Shown piece by piece: positions 7,090 through 16,112 of a stretch of 32,057 nucleotides of DNA (position 1 is its first letter; each line of letters starts with the position of its first letter). The stretch lies in the NCBI GenBank assembly GCA_013695575.1, contig JACDAF010000152.1, positions 1 to 32,057 on the forward strand. The letters run 5' to 3'. Made by a program: the position numbers and the translations under genes. The notes under the pieces are model-generated. The model worked only from the letters and a program-made list of their open reading frames with translations. It did not search any database and was not told the origin of the DNA. Source of the DNA: Chloroflexota bacterium. Its GTDB lineage: Bacteria > Chloroflexota > Limnocylindria > P2-11E.

Positions 7090-10000
7090 GACGCCTGCGC
7101 CGGATCGAGGCAGAGCGGATCGCCCGCCGGGTCCTGCGCGGGATCCGGACCGGAGCGATCGCCCGCATCCGCCGAGGGCTCGTGGACCTGCGGCCCGCGA
7201 TCGTCACCTTCCTCTTCCTCACCCTCGTGATCGGTGTGGTCGGGGTCGCGCCGCTCGCTCCGCGCCCCGCGATGCGCGAGCCCGCCGGATTCGCGATCGC
7301 GCCGGCGGGAGACGAGGTCGCGCGGCTCGCGCCGATCAGCGTGACGTTCCCCAAGGCTCCGTCGGAGCGCGATCCCGACAAGCTCATCTCGCTCGAGCCC
7401 GCGCCTCGCGGCACGTATGCCTGGCTCAGCGCGCGGACCCTCCTCTTCCAGCCGGACTACCCCGGCCTGGCCCGCGGCGCGCTGTACAGCCTCCGCGTGC
7501 CGGCGCGGCCGGAGGCGGGCCTGCCGGAGCAGGTCACGAGGCGCTTCACGGTGACCGGCCGGCTCGCGGTCCAGCAGGTCATCCCGGCGGATGGCGATAC
7601 CGAGGTCCCACTCGGCGCGCAGATCATCGTGCAGCTGAGCCGCTCGGTCGCCCCGCTCACGACGCTCGCCGCGCAACCGAGCGGCGCCGTCCTCTCGTTC
7701 GATCCACCGCTCGCGGGAAAGGGCGAGTGGCTCAACACGTCCATCTACCGGTTCATCCCGAGCGACCTCGCGCCCTCGACGGCATATCGCCTCACCGTCG
7801 CGAAGGGCCTGACTGCGGCCGCGGACGGCGTCCTGCAGGACGACTTCCGCTCTGCCTTCACGACGATCGCTCCGGCCGTGGCCGCCATCACGCCCGAGGA
7901 CCGCGCTGACTGGGCAGGGCCCTGGCAGCAGGTCGTCGTCCGGTTCAACCAGCCGATGGACCGGTCGGCGGCGAGCGGGATCACCGTGCGCGATGACAGC
8001 GGCAACGCGGTTCCGGGCAGCTTCGCCTGGAGCGAGCAGGACACCGTCGCCACGTTCAGCCCGGCGGTCCGGTTTGCTCCCGCGGCGCGGTACTCGGTCG
8101 CGGTCGAGCCCGGCCTGCGGGCCGCCGCTCATGGCACCACCGCCGTCGCACGTACGGTGTCGTTCACGACGATCGGGCTGCCCGCCGTCGCCTCCACCGA
8201 ACCGCCAGACGGCGCGACCGCCGCCGGGCGGTTCGGCATCTCCATCCGCTTCGCGACCCCGATGGATCCGGACTCGCTCGAAGGGAAGCTCAGCGTGAGC
8301 GGCTTCGACGCTGCGCAGCTCGAGGGCCGCGTGTTCGCCAACGAGCGCATGCTCAACGCCAGCCTCGCCCTGAGACCGCGCACGAGCTACACGGTGGCGC
8401 TGGCGGCGGGCGCGACCGATCGCTACGGCCAGGCGATGGCCGGGCACCGGTTCACGTTCACGACGGGGGCCGTCCCGTCCTCCGTGAGCCTCGCGCTGGC
8501 TGGCTCCGCGCAGGCCGCCACGTACTCGGCGAGCACGGAGCCCGTTCTCTTCTTCTACGCCACGAACGTCTCGTCGGCGGCGTTCACCCTGTGGCCGCTC
8601 ACGAACGACGAGGGCGCGCGGCTGCTGCACAACGCGGGCAGCGTCCGCGAGTTCACGCCGTCGCAGCCCGCGCTCCGAACCTGGACGGAGACCGTGCGCG
8701 GCGCGCAGGACGAGCAGCTGCTCGGTTCGACGTCGCTCAGCGGTGGGGGGCCGCTGCCGAAGGGCTTCTACTTCCTGCGCACCGGCGGCCAGCTGGGGTC
8801 GTACTTCGCCTTCGCCGTCGTCGACACCGTCATCGTCACGAAGCTCTCGCATGACGAGCTGCTGGCCTGGGCGATCGATCACCAGAGCGGCGAGCCCGTG
8901 GCCGGCGTCGCGGTCCACGCGATCGGCGGCGCGACACCCGACCGCGTCACGACCGACGCGAGCGGCCTCGCCTCTTTCGCGGTGCCACGAGCGCTGCCGG
9001 GCCAGGGCGTCGACCGCTCGTACTTCCTCTCGCTGGACGGCGCCGGGCGGAGCGGCGCGCTCAGCACGCGCTGGCAGCAGGGCACCTCGCCGTTCCAGTT
9101 CGGCCTGCCCACGGAGTACTGGGCCCGCGAGTGGGTCGGGCACGTCTACACGGACCGCCCCATCTACCGGCCGGGCGAGACCGTCCAGTACAAGATCGTC
9201 GTCCGCGCGGACGACGACGCGCGCTACAGCCTCCCGCCGGCGCAGCCGCCGCTTCAGTTCGTCATCTCGAACGCGCGCGGGCAGCAGCTCCGCCGGGAGG
9301 ACGTCCGGCCGAACGAGTTCGGCTCGTTCGCCGGGTGGTTCGAGCTGCCGCGGGACGCGCCGACCGGCGACTACTCGATGAGCCTCCAGCAGAAGCGCGA
9401 GGGCGGCTTCGGGACTGCCATCGCGGGGAATAGGTTCGTCGTCGCCGAGTTCCGCAAGCCGGAGTTCGGCGTCGAGGTGCGTGCCGGCAGTCCCTCCTAC
9501 GCCAACGGGGACGCGATCGACGTCTCCACCACGGCGACGTTCTACTTCGGCGGAGCGCTCGAGGGCGCCGGCGTCGCCTGGTCCGTGCTGAGCGAGCCCT
9601 TCGCGCTGTCTGCCAAGGGCTACCAGGGATACTCGTTCAGCGACCACGACCAGGCGAAGCCCGCGGCGCCACGCGACCCCGTACGCGCGAAGGGCGCCGC
9701 GACGACCGCGACAGGCGGGGTCGCCTCGTACGCCGTCCCCGCCGCGCTCTCCGGCGACGAGGGCGCTCAGCGGTTCGTGCTGTCGGCGACCGTCGCCGAC
9801 GCGAGCGGGCAGGCCGTCGCCGGAAGCACATCGGTCACGGTGCACCCGGCGGCGCTGTACGCGGGCATCCGTCCGGCGCGGTACGTCGCCAGCGAGCGCG
9901 CGGACACGACGCTGCAGCTGGTCACCGTGGACACCGCGGGCGGCGTGCTCCCCGGACACAACGTCGCGGTCAAGGTGTACGACCGCCAGTGGATCACGAC

Positions 10001-13000
10001 GAAGGAGCAGCTACCCGGCGGCGGACGCCGCTATCGGAGCGAGCCGCGCGACACGCTAGTGCAGACGCTCCAGGCGACGACCGGCGCCAACGGCGAGGGG
10101 ACGGTGACGTTCCGGCCGACCAAGCCCGGCACGCTGCGCGTGGTCGCCGAGGTGACCGACGACCGTGGTCGCACCGCGCGCTCGGCGACCTACGTCTGGG
10201 TCGGGGGCGGCGGGTTCGCGAGCTGGCAGGTGACGAACGACGACACCATCAAGCTCGTCGCCGACAAGGAGCGCTACGAGGTCGGCGACACCGCGGAGAT
10301 CCTCGTGCCCGCGCCGTTCTCCGGAGCCACCGGTCTCGTGACGGTCGAGCGGGGCAAGGTCATCACGCGGGCGACGCACAGCTTCCCGACCAACAGCGAG
10401 CGGCTGCGGATCCCGATCACGGACGGTTCGGTGCCCAACGTGTTCGTCTCGGTGGTGCTATACCGGCCGCCGACCGGCGCCGATCCGATCCCGCGGTTCA
10501 AGGTCGGATACGTGCAGCTGCCCGTCTCGACGGCGACGCGCGAGCTCGTCGTGAGCATCCGTCCCGACCGCGAGCAGGCGAAGCCCGGCGAGAAGGTGCA
10601 CTACGACATCGCCGTCACCGACCGCAGCGGCAAGGGCGTGCGCGCAGAGGTGTCCGTCGCGGTCGTCGACCGGGCGGTCCTGGCCCTCCAGGAGGATCGC
10701 GGCCCCGACGGGCTGCGCGCCTTCTGGGTCGAGCGCGGGCTCGGCGTGAACACGGCGTCATCGATGGCGGTCTCGGTCGAGCGCTGGAACGACGTCATCG
10801 GCGAGCCGCCGCGCCAGGGCAAGGGGGGCAGCGGCGCCCAGGTCGGCCGCATCCGCGAGGACTTCCGCAACACCGCCTACTGGAGCGCGCAGCTGGTCAC
10901 GAGAGATGACGGCACAGCGGGCGTCGACGTGACGATGCCGGACGACCTCACCACCTGGCGGATGCAGGTGCGGGCGGTGAGCGGCGACACGATGGTCGGC
11001 GAAGGGCTGAACGAGCTCGTGTCCACGAAGCCGCTGCTGGTGCGCCCGGCGCTGCCGCGCTTCCTCCGCGTCGGTGACGCCGCCGAGCTTCGCGTGCTCG
11101 TCCGGAACGCGACGCGCGCGGCGTCGGACGTGCAGGTCGCTCTGCGCGCCGAGGGCGTGAGCGTGGCCGGCGCGCTCACGCGATCCGCGACGGTGCAGCC
11201 GGGCACATCGGCGATCCTGGGCTGGCCCGCGGTCGCCGAGAGCGAAGGAACCGTCCGGCTGACGTTCACCGCGACGGGCACGGGCGAGCTCTCGGACAGC
11301 GTCGCGCTGACGCTGCCCGCGCTGCTCGACGTCACGCCGGAGACGACGGCGACGGGCGGCGTCGTCGCGGGCGAGGGCGCGCTCGAGGCCGTCTACCTCC
11401 CGCCGTTCGCGGACACGAAGAAGGGATCGCTCCGCGTCTCGGTGCAATCCGCGCTCGCCGGGTCCATGGCCGATGAGCTCGCGGCGCTCGCGCCCGTAGA
11501 CCGCGAAGGTGCCGAGCGCGTGTCGAGCCGGCTCATCGCGACACTCGGCGTGCGCCGGGCCGAGCGGAGCGTCGCGCCGGCTGCGAGCGCGCGGGACGGC
11601 GTGGTCGCGAGCGATCTCGCGGGTCTCGCCGGCCGCCAGCGCCCGGACGGCGGCTGGGCCTGGTGCGACGATCCGCTCTGCGGCACCGATCCGAATGTGA
11701 CCGGGTGGGCGCTCCTCGCGCTCGGCGAAGCGCGGCGCGACGGCCAGGGCGTCGACGCGGGCGTCCTCACGCGCGCGACGGCGTACGTGTCCGCGTACGT
11801 GAACCGCGTCACGGACGTGGCGTCACCGGCGGACGCCAGCCAGAAGGCGTTCCTCCTCGCGGCGCTCGCGGCCGCGGCTGGACGTGACGCGAGCGCGGCC
11901 CCGGCGCGTGCGCTGTTCGAGCAGTCGCGCTCGCGGCTGGCGCCGTGGGGCCTCGCGTACCTCGCGCTCGGTCTCACCGATGGCGGTGCGGCGCCGGACG
12001 ATCCGCAGCTGCGCACGATCCTGGGCGACCTCGCGGCCACCACCATCGCGAGCGCGAACGGGAATCACTGGGAGGATCCCGCGGTCCGCGGCTCGTTCAT
12101 GACGAGCACCGCGACGACCGCGCTGGTGACGCTCGCGCTGACGCGGGCGCAGCCGCAGCACGCGCTTCTGCCGCAGAGCGTTCGCTGGCTCGTGGTCGCG
12201 CGGGGGGCGCAGCGCTGGCAGACGTCCATCGACCGCGCGATCGGCGTGCTCGCCCTCACGAGCCATGCGGTGCAGACCGGCGAGCTTGGCGGAGACTTCC
12301 GCTACGCCGTCGAGCTCGACGACGCTGAGGTCCTCGCCGGGCTCGTGAAGCCCACCGGCACGCGGACGGCCGCGACGAAAACGCTGCCGCTCACGACGCT
12401 CACACCCGGGCGTTCCAGCATCCTCGCGTTCTCGCGCGATGCGGGCAGGCCGGGCCGCCTCTACTACACGCTCGACCTGCGCTACGTGACTCCCGCGAAG
12501 GAGATCGAGGCGCTTAACCGCGGCTTCGCGATCGCCCGCGAGTACACCTCGCTCGAGGATCCGGCGCGGCCGATCACCGCGGCGCGCCTTGGAGACACGG
12601 TCCGCGTGAAGGTGACCGTCATCTCGCCGGCCGATCACAATTACGTCGTCGTCGAGGACCTCCTTCCCGCGGGCCTCGAGCCCGTCGACGCGCGCCTGCG
12701 GACCGTCGATCCCGCGCTGCGGGCGAAGCTCGAGGCCGACCGCGCCGGCGCGGCGCAGCGGCAGGCCGGCGGCTACCAGGCTCCGTGGTTCCGCTGGTAC
12801 TACAGCCCGTGGCAGCAGGTGGACCTGCGCGACGATCGTGCCGTGCTGGTGACCGACCGCCTGCCGCGGGGCATCCACGAGTACGTGTACTACGCGCGCG
12901 CGACCACCGTCGGCGACTTCTTCGTCGCGCCGGCGCACGCCGCGGAGACGTACTTTCCCGAGGTCTTCGGCCGCAGCGACAGCGGCCGCTTCACCGTCGG

Positions 13001-13007
13001 TCCCTAG
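7086..13007 (+). CDS. Bacterial alpha-2-macroglobulin family protein, membrane-anchored, thioester motif absent
   Basis: Track ORF 6459..13007. The part before 7086 overlaps pbpC in another frame and is Arg-rich junk. The likely start is TTG 7086, overlapping the pbpC TGA as TTGA. An alternative is GTG 7182, just before the TM helix AIVTFLFLTLVIGVVGV. A2M hallmarks: AEFRKPEF, FRNTAYWSAQLVTRDDGTAGVDV, DDLTTWRMQVRAVS, a helical TED-like region (GGWAWCDD...NVTGWALLALGE), and the C-terminal VVVEDLLPAGLEP. Confidence 0.9.
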   Translation: MRRLRRIEAERIARRVLRGIRTGAIARIRRGLVDLRPAIVTFLFLTLVIGVVGVAPLAPRPAMREPAGFAIAPAGDEVARLAPISVTFPKAPSERDPDKLISLEPAPRGTYAWLSARTLLFQPDYPGLARGALYSLRVPARPEAGLPEQVTRRFTVTGRLAVQQVIPADGDTEVPLGAQIIVQLSRSVAPLTTLAAQPSGAVLSFDPPLAGKGEWLNTSIYRFIPSDLAPSTAYRLTVAKGLTAAADGVLQDDFRSAFTTIAPAVAAITPEDRADWAGPWQQVVVRFNQPMDRSAASGITVRDDSGNAVPGSFAWSEQDTVATFSPAVRFAPAARYSVAVEPGLRAAAHGTTAVARTVSFTTIGLPAVASTEPPDGATAAGRFGISIRFATPMDPDSLEGKLSVSGFDAAQLEGRVFANERMLNASLALRPRTSYTVALAAGATDRYGQAMAGHRFTFTTGAVPSSVSLALAGSAQAATYSASTEPVLFFYATNVSSAAFTLWPLTNDEGARLLHNAGSVREFTPSQPALRTWTETVRGAQDEQLLGSTSLSGGGPLPKGFYFLRTGGQLGSYFAFAVVDTVIVTKLSHDELLAWAIDHQSGEPVAGVAVHAIGGATPDRVTTDASGLASFAVPRALPGQGVDRSYFLSLDGAGRSGALSTRWQQGTSPFQFGLPTEYWAREWVGHVYTDRPIYRPGETVQYKIVVRADDDARYSLPPAQPPLQFVISNARGQQLRREDVRPNEFGSFAGWFELPRDAPTGDYSMSLQQKREGGFGTAIAGNRFVVAEFRKPEFGVEVRAGSPSYANGDAIDVSTTATFYFGGALEGAGVAWSVLSEPFALSAKGYQGYSFSDHDQAKPAAPRDPVRAKGAATTATGGVASYAVPAALSGDEGAQRFVLSATVADASGQAVAGSTSVTVHPAALYAGIRPARYVASERADTTLQLVTVDTAGGVLPGHNVAVKVYDRQWITTKEQLPGGGRRYRSEPRDTLVQTLQATTGANGEGTVTFRPTKPGTLRVVAEVTDDRGRTARSATYVWVGGGGFASWQVTNDDTIKLVADKERYEVGDTAEILVPAPFSGATGLVTVERGKVITRATHSFPTNSERLRIPITDGSVPNVFVSVVLYRPPTGADPIPRFKVGYVQLPVSTATRELVVSIRPDREQAKPGEKVHYDIAVTDRSGKGVRAEVSVAVVDRAVLALQEDRGPDGLRAFWVERGLGVNTASSMAVSVERWNDVIGEPPRQGKGGSGAQVGRIREDFRNTAYWSAQLVTRDDGTAGVDVTMPDDLTTWRMQVRAVSGDTMVGEGLNELVSTKPLLVRPALPRFLRVGDAAELRVLVRNATRAASDVQVALRAEGVSVAGALTRSATVQPGTSAILGWPAVAESEGTVRLTFTATGTGELSDSVALTLPALLDVTPETTATGGVVAGEGALEAVYLPPFADTKKGSLRVSVQSALAGSMADELAALAPVDREGAERVSSRLIATLGVRRAERSVAPAASARDGVVASDLAGLAGRQRPDGGWAWCDDPLCGTDPNVTGWALLALGEARRDGQGVDAGVLTRATAYVSAYVNRVTDVASPADASQKAFLLAALAAAAGRDASAAPARALFEQSRSRLAPWGLAYLALGLTDGGAAPDDPQLRTILGDLAATTIASANGNHWEDPAVRGSFMTSTATTALVTLALTRAQPQHALLPQSVRWLVVARGAQRWQTSIDRAIGVLALTSHAVQTGELGGDFRYAVELDDAEVLAGLVKPTGTRTAATKTLPLTTLTPGRSSILAFSRDAGRPGRLYYTLDLRYVTPAKEIEALNRGFAIAREYTSLEDPARPITAARLGDTVRVKVTVISPADHNYVVVEDLLPAGLEPVDARLRTVDPALRAKLEADRAGAAQRQAGGYQAPWFRWYYSPWQQVDLRDDRAVLVTDRLPRGIHEYVYYARATTVGDFFVAPAHAAETYFPEVFGRSDSGRFTVGP

Positions 13008-13021
13008 TGACGTGTCACTAG
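13004..13021. repeat. Inverted repeat CTAGTGAC-GT-GTCACTAG at the A2M/glucosidase junction
   Basis: Perfect 8-bp arms with a 2-nt spacer. The repeat spans the A2M TAG stop (13005-13007) and the GTG at 13012. Confidence 0.5.
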
Positions 13022-15201
13022 CATCGCGACGACCCTTGAAGGCGCACGGCAGGCCCGCGACGATGTCACAGCACGGCTCGCGCACCGGAGGGAGGCCGAC
13101 CGAAGACGTGAACGACGCATCCGTCGAGCCCGTCCGGCCGTCCCCCGTCGCGTCGACCGGGCTCCTGTCGCTCAAAGGCTGGGGAATCGTGTTCGTGGGG
13201 ACGCAGGGCGGAGAGATCCCGCCCGGCTCGCGCGCCGGGGCCGGCCTCTACGCGTTCGACACGCGCCATCTCTCCCTCTACCGCCTGCGCGTTCGCGGCA
13301 TCCGCCTCCGGCTGCGCGCGGTCCGGCTGCTGCACGATGGCGCGCGCTTCGACTACGTCGCGTCGGGCTCGCGGACGCTCGTGGTCAGCCGCCGACTCCG
13401 TATCGGCACGGCCCTGCACGACCGCTGGTCGCTGCGGAACGCCGGGAGCCGCCCGCTCGCGCTCACGGCGGAGCTCAGCGTCGCCGCCGACTTTCGCGAC
13501 CTCCTCGAGGTGCGCTCGCGCCGACGCGTGACCGGCGGGCAGATCACGCGCCCGCGCGGCGGCCCCGGCGCGCTCAGCCTCGCCTACACCGCAGCGGATG
13601 GGATCGAGCACCGCACCGAGCTCGCCAGCCCGGGAATGTCCTGGCGCGTCGTCGGCACAGCGGCGCACGGTCGCCGGAGCCTTCGCCTCCCGCCCGGCGA
13701 GACAGTCGGGCTGACCGTCGCGGTGCGGGCGCGCTCCACCGGTCACGCCTCGACACGACGGGGACTGCGCTGGGACGAGTGGCAGGCGCGGACGACGCGG
13801 TTCACCTCCGACCCCCCGGAGCTGGGGGCATGGCTCGCGCGCAGCTCCGCCGATCTCTTCATGCTCTGCGAGCCCACCGAGGACGGACCCTTTCCGATGG
13901 CCGGCAGCCCATGGTTCATCGCGCCGTTCGGCAGGGACTCCCTCATCACGGCGATGTGTGCGCTTCCCGTGTTTCCGGAGCTCGCGCCGACGGTGCTCCG
14001 CTACCTCGCGCGCACGCAGGGTCAGGTCGAGGACGCGGCGACCGAAGAGGAGCCTGGCCGTATCGCTCACGAGATCCGACAGGGAGAGCTCGCCCGCACG
14101 GGCAGCGGACCCGGGACGCCTTACTACGGGAGCGTCGACGCCACGCCCCTCTTCGTGTGGCTCGCGGCCGAGGCCGCGCGATGGCTTCCCGAGGCCGACC
14201 TTGTCCGCGCTTTGGAGCCGCAGCTCCGGGGAGCGCTGCGCTGGATGGAGGAGCGGGGCGATCGCGACGGTGACGGCTTCATCGAGTACGAGCGGCGCGC
14301 GCCGCACGGGCTCGACGTCCAGGTCTGGAAGGATTCGCACGACAGCCTCCTGACCCGGGGCCGCCTGCGCCCGAACGGGCCGGTCGCGGCGGTGGAGGTG
14401 CAGGCCTACGCCTATGCGGCACGCGCGTCCCTCGCCGAGGTGGTCGCCCCGCGCGATGCGGCGTGGGCGCGCGAGCTCGCGGCGGGGGCCGCGGCGCTCC
14501 GTCAGCGCTTCGAGCGCGCGTTCTGGATGGAGGACCGCGATTGCTACGGCCAGGCGCTCGACGGGCGCAAGAGGCTGGTGCGCGACATCGTCTCGAACAG
14601 CGGGCATGTGCTGTGGGCGGGCGCAGCCTCCGCACGGCGCGGGCGCCGCGCCGCCGAGCGGCTGCGCGAGCCCGATCTCGCGAGCGGCTGGGGGATCCGG
14701 ACGCGCAGCGCGCGCTCGGCGTACTACGACCCCGCGAGCTACCACAACGGCAGCGTCTGGGCGCACGACACCGCGATCGCGGCCGCCGGCATGCGCCGCT
14801 ACGGTGCGCGCGCCCAATGCGAGGCGACCATCGCGGAGCTGCTGGCGGCCGCCGCCTCATTCCCATCCTTCCGCGTGCCCGAGCTGTTCGGTGGGCAGCC
14901 ACGGCGTCCTGGCGTGCCGCCGATGGCCTATCCGGTCGCCTGCAGCCCGCAGGCCTGGACCGCGGCGGCGGCATTCCTGTGCGCGCGCGCGATGCTCGGC
15001 CTCGAGATCTCACCGGACGGGAGCACCGCTTCGCTCGACCCGCTCCTGCCCCTCGGCGTGCGGCGATTCGAGGCGATCGGCCTTCGCGTCGGACGCGGCA
15101 CGCTGGACGTGCGCGTTGAACGCCGCGCCCGAGGCGCGATGATCACCGACGTCAGCGCGCGCGCGATACGCGTCGTCGAGCGAAGGCCATCAGATGACTG
15201 A
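13012..15201 (+). CDS. Glycogen-debranching-enzyme-like amylo-alpha-1,6-glucosidase (GDE_N_bis + GDE_C type)
   Basis: GSPWFIAPFGRDSLITA, PGRIAHEIRQGE, YYGSVDATPLFVWL, DGDGFIEYERR...VWKDSHDS, VEVQAYAYAA and YHNGSVWAHDTA are the characteristic (alpha/alpha)6 GDE_C blocks. The start is GTG 13012 or ATG 13063. Confidence 0.8.
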   Translation: MSLASRRPLKAHGRPATMSQHGSRTGGRPTEDVNDASVEPVRPSPVASTGLLSLKGWGIVFVGTQGGEIPPGSRAGAGLYAFDTRHLSLYRLRVRGIRLRLRAVRLLHDGARFDYVASGSRTLVVSRRLRIGTALHDRWSLRNAGSRPLALTAELSVAADFRDLLEVRSRRRVTGGQITRPRGGPGALSLAYTAADGIEHRTELASPGMSWRVVGTAAHGRRSLRLPPGETVGLTVAVRARSTGHASTRRGLRWDEWQARTTRFTSDPPELGAWLARSSADLFMLCEPTEDGPFPMAGSPWFIAPFGRDSLITAMCALPVFPELAPTVLRYLARTQGQVEDAATEEEPGRIAHEIRQGELARTGSGPGTPYYGSVDATPLFVWLAAEAARWLPEADLVRALEPQLRGALRWMEERGDRDGDGFIEYERRAPHGLDVQVWKDSHDSLLTRGRLRPNGPVAAVEVQAYAYAARASLAEVVAPRDAAWARELAAGAAALRQRFERAFWMEDRDCYGQALDGRKRLVRDIVSNSGHVLWAGAASARRGRRAAERLREPDLASGWGIRTRSARSAYYDPASYHNGSVWAHDTAIAAAGMRRYGARAQCEATIAELLAAAASFPSFRVPELFGGQPRRPGVPPMAYPVACSPQAWTAAAAFLCARAMLGLEISPDGSTASLDPLLPLGVRRFEAIGLRVGRGTLDVRVERRARGAMITDVSARAIRVVERRPSDD

Positions 15202-15216
15202 GCCGCCGGCTGGCGC

Positions 15217-15239
15217 GCGCCGCCCCGCGAGGGCGGTGC
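15217..15239. terminator. GC-rich hairpin between convergent glucosidase and ABC permease genes
   Basis: GCG-CCGCCC [CGCGA] GGGCGG-TGC forms about 9 bp (one G.U on the + strand) in the 39-bp gap between the stops at 15201 and 15241. Confidence 0.3.
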
Positions 15240-15240
15240 C

Positions 15241-16110
15241 TCACTTCAGCCCGGTCGTCGCGACCCCCCGTACGAAGTAGCGCTGTCCGAGGACGTAGAG
15301 GATCAGGATCGGCAGGATCGCGATGACGGAGCCGGCCATGATCAGGTCCCACTGGTTCTGGTAGACGCCACGGAAGGCGGCGAGCCCCAGCTGGATGTTG
15401 AACATCTCGGGCGTTTGCATGTAGATGAGCCAATCGAAGTAGCTGTTCCAGTGGTCCTTGAACGCGAGGATGCCGAGTGCGAGCAGGGCGGGCCGGGCCA
15501 CCGGCAGGACGATCTTCCAGAAGACGCCGAACCAGCCCAGGCCGTCCACGATCGCGGCTTCCTCGAGCTCGCGCGGGACGCTCCTGAAGAACTGCGCCAT
15601 GAGGAAGATGCCGAAGGGGGTGATGTAGGACTGCACGAGGAGCGCGCCGAAGGTGTTGATCAGGCCGAGGTTCTGGATCAGCACGTACTTCGGCACGAGC
15701 GTGACCCAGGAGGGGATGACCATGGTGCCAAGCATGATCGCGAACAGGACGTTCCGGCCGGGGAACTCCAACCGCGCGAACGCGTACGCGACGAGGGAGC
15801 AGAAGAAGAGATTCAGACCCACGAGGAGCAGCGTCACGACCAGGCCGTTGAAGACCTGGCGAAAGAAGTTCGGGTTCGCGATGAACACCTGGACGTAGTT
15901 CTCGGGATGCCATTCGGATGGCAGGATCGTCGGCGGGTACGCGATGACCTCGGCCGAGGTCTTGAACGACGAGAGCACCGTCATCAGGAAGGGCGTGAAC
16001 AGGAAGACCGTGACGACCACATACATGATGTAGCGGAACGTCGTCTGGAGGCGCTCCACGCGCTCGGTGGTGTCGCTGGCCGCGGGTCGAACGAGCGTCG
16101 CTTGGGCCAT
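15241..16110 (-). CDS. Carbohydrate ABC transporter permease (MalG-like, CUT1)
   Basis: Six hydrophobic segments and an EAA loop (ELEEAAIVDGLGWFGVFWKIVLPVARPAL). The gene lies 2 nt after the upstream permease stop. Confidence 0.9.
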   Translation of the reverse strand: MAQATLVRPAASDTTERVERLQTTFRYIMYVVVTVFLFTPFLMTVLSSFKTSAEVIAYPPTILPSEWHPENYVQVFIANPNFFRQVFNGLVVTLLLVGLNLFFCSLVAYAFARLEFPGRNVLFAIMLGTMVIPSWVTLVPKYVLIQNLGLINTFGALLVQSYITPFGIFLMAQFFRSVPRELEEAAIVDGLGWFGVFWKIVLPVARPALLALGILAFKDHWNSYFDWLIYMQTPEMFNIQLGLAAFRGVYQNQWDLIMAGSVIAILPILILYVLGQRYFVRGVATTGLK

Positions 16111-16112
16111 CG

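Noticed and set aside
7071-9959. 962-aa minus-strand ORF, plus 10758..11447, 11393..12046 and 11823..13175, all antisense to the A2M gene
   Set aside because: These are low-complexity Arg/Gly/Asp/Glu-rich translations with no motifs. The + frame is a continuous, recognisable A2M protein.
13066-14817. 583-aa minus-strand ORF antisense to the GDE-like glucosidase
   Set aside because: It is a shadow ORF. The + frame contains all the GDE_C blocks.
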